Assembly (NCBI GenBank): GCA_027345195.1
Contig: DAHWIJ010000015.1
Span: 64,375-128,374, forward strand
Source: Thermoplasmatales archaeon
GTDB lineage: Archaea; Thermoplasmatota; Thermoplasmata; Thermoplasmatales; GCA-001856825
DNA length: 64,000 nt
Reading direction: 5' to 3'
This document shows, piece after piece, positions 59,775 to 64,000 of this stretch. The position numbers and the translations under genes were made by a program. Below the pieces are notes generated by a model. The model worked only from the letters and a program-made list of their open reading frames with translations. It was not told the DNA's origin and searched no databases. Position 1 is the first letter of the stretch. Each line of letters opens with the position of its first letter.

Positions 59775-62114
59775 CTAAATTATGAACTCTATCTTCCCAT
59801 TCCTGACAAAGTAGTGATTCTGTACAGGGCTGTCCTCGTATATCTCTATCCCGCCGCTGGACACAGTGACTCTTGCTCCATTGGAATTTACCCTGAACTC
59901 CTTTATCTTGTCCCCTTTTCCCTTGAGGAACTCCATTATGGCAGCTTCATTCTTCTCATCGTCCTGGATATCCACCAGGACCTCCTTAACCCTCCTTGCC
60001 TGGCCAGGGTCCTGCTTAACATCAGGTTGTATCAGCGGCTCAGTAGTCGAAATAATTGCCGGGCTGATGAATACCCTCTCCATTGCTTCTCTCCTCTCCT
60101 TTTCGCCCTTCTCCCTCCACAGTCCCAAGGCCCTCTGGAATATCGATACGAGATCATCCCCCTTTTTGGCGCTTTTCTCATCCTTCAGGTCCTTTTCCGA
60201 TAAGACTATATGAAGTTCGCTCTTCGCGCGGGTGAAGGCGACATACATGATCCTGGATTCCTCGTTAAGAGAGAAGTTGTGTCTTTCGCTCTTCCCTATA
60301 ATGCGCCTGCTCGGCGAGTTTATGAAGTCTTTATCCTTCTTGGCAACTATGCCTGAATATTCATCAGCGTAATATTTTTCCCTGTCCACCCCGGGTCTTA
60401 AGTCGTATATTATGACGGTGTTGAATTCAAGTCCTTTTGCCTGGTGAATTGTCATGATTTTTACTCTTGACGGGTCTTCCAGAAGATCGTCAATGGGCCC
60501 GCTCTCCTTGCTTTCTCTAGCATTCTGCAGCCATTCTGCAACCAGGTAGGGATCACCACCATAGCCGGTGACGTGGGATGATATGAGTTCTAGTATCCTG
60601 TACAGCCTTCCCACCTTCTCTCGGCCGTCCTTCGATCCGAGAAGCGCTGAGACGTAACCCTCTTTCAGTAAAATCCTGTTGAGCAACATATCCAGTCTTT
60701 CCTTCTTAAGAAATTCTCTGTATTTCCCTAGTTTACTGTCAAGGAGCTCTCCAAACCTTTCCTTTGATCTCACCAGGTCTGACGGAGTCAGCGCGAAAAA
60801 TGGGGAGAAAAGAAGGGAGACCTGGGCAACCTTGTCCCCCGGGTCCGCCAGGTATCTCACGAGGGAGAAAACATCAAGGCCTTCCTGAGATTTCAGCACC
60901 GACTCTCCGGAAATGAGAACGCTGTTCACGCCTTCCTTCCTCATTTGCCTGTTGAGATTGAAAAAATCGGTGGATGTCCTGCTAAGGATCGCTATCCCTC
61001 CGGGCGTTTCCCCTTCCCTTATCTTCTTCTTTACTATTTCCACAACAGCACGCACCTTGTCTTCTTCAATGTAACAGTAGACCCCGCCATCCTGGTCGGA
61101 ATAACCGTCCATGGGCTCATATTCCATGATGGATGGGAAGTAGCTGTTGAAGAACCGTATCAGATTTCTTCCGCTTCTCCTGTTTACTTTCAAAGTGCTG
61201 TGATTTTCAAGTCTTTCGGAAAACCTCCTCTGAGCACCCGGGTGGGCCCCCCGGAACGAATAGATACTCTGGTTGAGGTCACCGACAACAAAAAATGTTG
61301 AACCGTTGTCCAGAAGCTGCTCGAAGATCGCTATCTGTAATTCGTCGGTGTCCTGGAATTCATCAACCAGTATGAACCTGAACTTCCTTGCAATCTCATC
61401 CCCCCTGACTTCTAGTATCTTGAGGGTGTAGAGGAGCAGATCATCAAAATCCATGAGCCTGCCCCTCTTCTTGACCTCCTGATATTCATTTAGGAAGGAA
61501 AAGAGGAGGGATAGCAGGTCAGGCAGCACGGAAATCCGTGTTTTTGACAAGACCTCTTTGAGTATATCCGGATCAAAGGATTCCCCATTGTATTCCGTGT
61601 GGAACCCTTTTTTGGTGGAGATCATATAGTTAAGGTATCCCTTCTGCTCAACAAGTATTTCCGTGCATTCCTTAATGACCTGTTCTAGGTCTGTTTCATA
61701 GCTCTCTAGGATCCTGCTGAGAATGAGCCCGTTCTCAGTAACTTTCTTCTCATTCCTTATGCGTATTACGTAATTCCTGACGCTCTTCTCAAGTAGGTTG
61801 AACGATTCCAGATCATCCATTACCCTGAAATACCACGGTATCCCGACCTCACTTCCGTATTTCCTCACAATTTTTGAACAGAAATTGTGAATAGTTCCGA
61901 CGTTCGAGTTTGGTAGTTTCCTGATCAGGTCAATTTGTCCGTCCTTAGAAGCCCTCTGTTTGAGCCTTCGAAGAAGTTCTTCTGAGGCACGGTCTGTGAA
62001 TGTGATTGCTACCACGCTTTCCACCCCTTCCGTTTGCATCAGCTCGTAGCATTTGTTAATGAGCGCTTCCGTCTTTCCAGACCCAGGTACGGCAGCCACA
62101 AAATCTCCGTTCAA
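59775..62114 (-). CDS. UvrD/AddA-like SF1 helicase with no recognisable C-terminal nuclease domain
   Basis: AVPGSGKT, ITFT, TIH-x-FC, DFDDLL, VDEFQD, VGD-x-x-QSIY-x-FRGA, NRRS, MTIHQAKGLEF, YVAFTRAK. Confidence 0.9.
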   Translation of the reverse strand: MNGDFVAAVPGSGKTEALINKCYELMQTEGVESVVAITFTDRASEELLRRLKQRASKDGQIDLIRKLPNSNVGTIHNFCSKIVRKYGSEVGIPWYFRVMDDLESFNLLEKSVRNYVIRIRNEKKVTENGLILSRILESYETDLEQVIKECTEILVEQKGYLNYMISTKKGFHTEYNGESFDPDILKEVLSKTRISVLPDLLSLLFSFLNEYQEVKKRGRLMDFDDLLLYTLKILEVRGDEIARKFRFILVDEFQDTDELQIAIFEQLLDNGSTFFVVGDLNQSIYSFRGAHPGAQRRFSERLENHSTLKVNRRSGRNLIRFFNSYFPSIMEYEPMDGYSDQDGGVYCYIEEDKVRAVVEIVKKKIREGETPGGIAILSRTSTDFFNLNRQMRKEGVNSVLISGESVLKSQEGLDVFSLVRYLADPGDKVAQVSLLFSPFFALTPSDLVRSKERFGELLDSKLGKYREFLKKERLDMLLNRILLKEGYVSALLGSKDGREKVGRLYRILELISSHVTGYGGDPYLVAEWLQNARESKESGPIDDLLEDPSRVKIMTIHQAKGLEFNTVIIYDLRPGVDREKYYADEYSGIVAKKDKDFINSPSRRIIGKSERHNFSLNEESRIMYVAFTRAKSELHIVLSEKDLKDEKSAKKGDDLVSIFQRALGLWREKGEKERREAMERVFISPAIISTTEPLIQPDVKQDPGQARRVKEVLVDIQDDEKNEAAIMEFLKGKGDKIKEFRVNSNGARVTVSSGGIEIYEDSPVQNHYFVRNGKIEFII

Positions 62115-62115
62115 C

Positions 62116-64000
62116 TTACCACCTCCTTTCCTGCACCCTGCAGACGCTCAACAGTGGGCAGAAGAGCTCGTTCTCACACTTCCAAAGGTTTCCACCTTCC
62201 TTTACAACCGGGTCTACATCTCCATTGACGAAGTCCTGAAGCACTGGGTTTATTATATCGATGCACTTCCTCACCTGAGCTTCCTCGTTGGGAATGGAAT
62301 TGAAAAATCCAGCTGTACTGAATCCATCGTTAGTATCCTTGAAGGAAACATAAGCTGCTGCCTTCACCTTCTTCTTGAGTACCGCCTCCACTCCAAGCTT
62401 GTAAAAAAATAGCTGGACTTTATAGTGTTTCTCGTCGCAGAGATCATTCTTTGGATACCCGTACAGGGAACTCTTGTAGTCTATTATACAAAGACCCTCT
62501 CCCTGTTCATCCACCCTGTCCACGTATCCGCCTATGCTCATCCTTTCCCCTGAGAACTCATAGTATACCTGTTGTTCGTTGGTTGGAAAATGGAACTCCT
62601 TTTGAATAGTTCTTCTCCCGAGTTCGAGCGAGCGCTGGACATCCATCGAGAAGAACTTTACCAGTTTCCCGGTAGCGAGATACTTCTCCCTGTAGAACTT
62701 CAAAGCTTCTGTCCTAGATTCATACTTTTCCCTGGCTATCTCCCCCTTTATGTAGGAATCTGCCAGTTTTCTGAAACTTGCAGGTGGAAGGTCCGTGGAG
62801 TAGTACATCTCCAATATCCTGTGCGTCAGACTACCTGTAGTCCTTGGATCCAGGAATTCCCTCGGAGGGTCTATTTCGTCGACCCCCAGCAGACCATTCA
62901 CAAAACCTTTGAAATGGCACCCCGCGTAGTTTTCTATAAACGTCGGGTATATCGGCTTTTCCATCCTCTCCCTGATAATCGCCTTGTCGAGGAAATAATC
63001 TATTGAAATTTTTGAATCCCTGCCAAGTTCCCATTCCAGGAGAGGGTTTTGGGGTATGAAGATGGAATCCCTGGTCACTAATTCCCCCACCCCACTAATT
63101 TCATCGTAGAATGCAATAGGCTCCGTGTGGCCTAATTTTTCGTCCTGGAATGAGTAGGACAGCACCACCCTTTCAGATTGGGAAAGGAGTGTTTTGTATG
63201 CAAGGTCCATGAGATTCTCGAACCCGTCTTCAAGCTCTATCTTGGCGAGAAAGTCTCTCGCTTCCTGGGGGAATGACCTAAGGGAGGAAGCCGCGTCTAG
63301 GCCAACGATGAATAGATTGTCTAATGGGAGCCCAAGGAGGTCCAACGGCTTCCCAACAATCACTTCGAGGTCCCCCGATATATTCACCCTTGGAAGATAT
63401 TTCAAAGATTCCATGTCATTGATCAAACCCGATGCGTCGTTGGAATACCCCTCAAATGCCGAGAGGAGAATTCTTAGAATTTTTCCAGGATGATTCCCTT
63501 CACCAAGGTACTTGTCCAGGAATGCCATAAGGGATTTAATCCCCCCCTGATTTCCTATATCCCTTGACACTCCCTCCAGGTCCCTGAGAATGTCATCTCC
63601 GATCTTCAGTTCACGGAAAAGCGTCTCCCAGTCCCTCAGCCCCCTTGTGATGTTCTTTTCGTAGCAATGCTGCTTTATACGGTATAGCTTGGAGGGATCG
63701 ATGTTGGAATATGGATTCTCAAGTATTGAAATAACATGCTCAAAGGAGAAGTCTTCTTCGATACACCTTATAGCAGAGATGGCAAAGTTGTAAGGGGCAT
63801 CGTTCAAATAAATCTCCGAAACAGGTGAAGCTACGGAAGGGCGGACGCCGAACATTTCAAGTTCCTTAGCTATCCCGACTGCAAAGTAGTCATCAGGGAC
63901 AACTATCCCTTTTGTACCATCTGCTTCAAGGACTTCCCTTACGGTCCACCTAATTTCTGCCAGGTAATCTGAAAATCTTCTCTTTCTCACCTTTGCACTA
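62116..64000 (-). CDS. AddB-like PD-(D/E)xK nuclease with Fe-S 'staple' cysteines (5' end runs off the window)
   Basis: YAGCHF, GSLTH, KE, GYVDRVD, IIDYKS, VQL-x-x-Y, C-terminal C-x5-CP-x-x-x-x-C; frame open to the window edge. Confidence 0.85.
   Translation of the reverse strand, partial: SAKVRKRRFSDYLAEIRWTVREVLEADGTKGIVVPDDYFAVGIAKELEMFGVRPSVASPVSEIYLNDAPYNFAISAIRCIEEDFSFEHVISILENPYSNIDPSKLYRIKQHCYEKNITRGLRDWETLFRELKIGDDILRDLEGVSRDIGNQGGIKSLMAFLDKYLGEGNHPGKILRILLSAFEGYSNDASGLINDMESLKYLPRVNISGDLEVIVGKPLDLLGLPLDNLFIVGLDAASSLRSFPQEARDFLAKIELEDGFENLMDLAYKTLLSQSERVVLSYSFQDEKLGHTEPIAFYDEISGVGELVTRDSIFIPQNPLLEWELGRDSKISIDYFLDKAIIRERMEKPIYPTFIENYAGCHFKGFVNGLLGVDEIDPPREFLDPRTTGSLTHRILEMYYSTDLPPASFRKLADSYIKGEIAREKYESRTEALKFYREKYLATGKLVKFFSMDVQRSLELGRRTIQKEFHFPTNEQQVYYEFSGERMSIGGYVDRVDEQGEGLCIIDYKSSLYGYPKNDLCDEKHYKVQLFFYKLGVEAVLKKKVKAAAYVSFKDTNDGFSTAGFFNSIPNEEAQVRKCIDIINPVLQDFVNGDVDPVVKEGGNLWKCENELFCPLLSVCRVQERRW

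Noticed and set aside
1..64000. CRISPR arrays, rRNA genes, transposases, inteins in MCM/DP2/Cdc6
   Set aside because: None recognised; protein lengths and motifs are uninterrupted

Overview
This is a gene-dense stretch of an archaeal chromosome, most consistent with Thermoplasmata/Thermoplasmatales. The evidence is PolD DP2, MCM, PCNA, two Orc1/Cdc6, FtsZ and SepF, the rpo7-spt4-dpck-rps24e-rps27ae operon, a thermopsin with F-x-E-x-GLP-x-G-x-x-W repeats, and a TPP riboswitch. It is mostly housekeeping: about 65 CDS and three tRNAs (Gly-TCC, intron-containing Tyr-GTA, Glu-CTC). No CRISPR array, rRNA or intact mobile element was seen. The most notable items are: (1) a SufR-like Fe-S regulator divergent from an SDR plus QueA-like operon in a domain that generally lacks queuosine; (2) several intact but apparently catalytically degenerate homologues (GalK-like, PGI/PMI-like beside an orphan roadblock gene, a half-length FtsZ-like protein without the GGGTG loop, an EndoIV-like protein with a large insertion, and a Cdc6 paralogue lacking the arginine finger); (3) an archaeal TPP riboswitch whose aptamer contains the SD of a thiBPQ transporter; (4) ORB-like elements upstream of cdc6 (candidate oriC); (5) an AddAB-like pair whose helicase lacks the nuclease domain; (6) an orphan Dam-family methylase next to tRNA-Gly; and (7) a clear tandem PadR operator. 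All family calls come from motif recognition by eye; no database searches were run.
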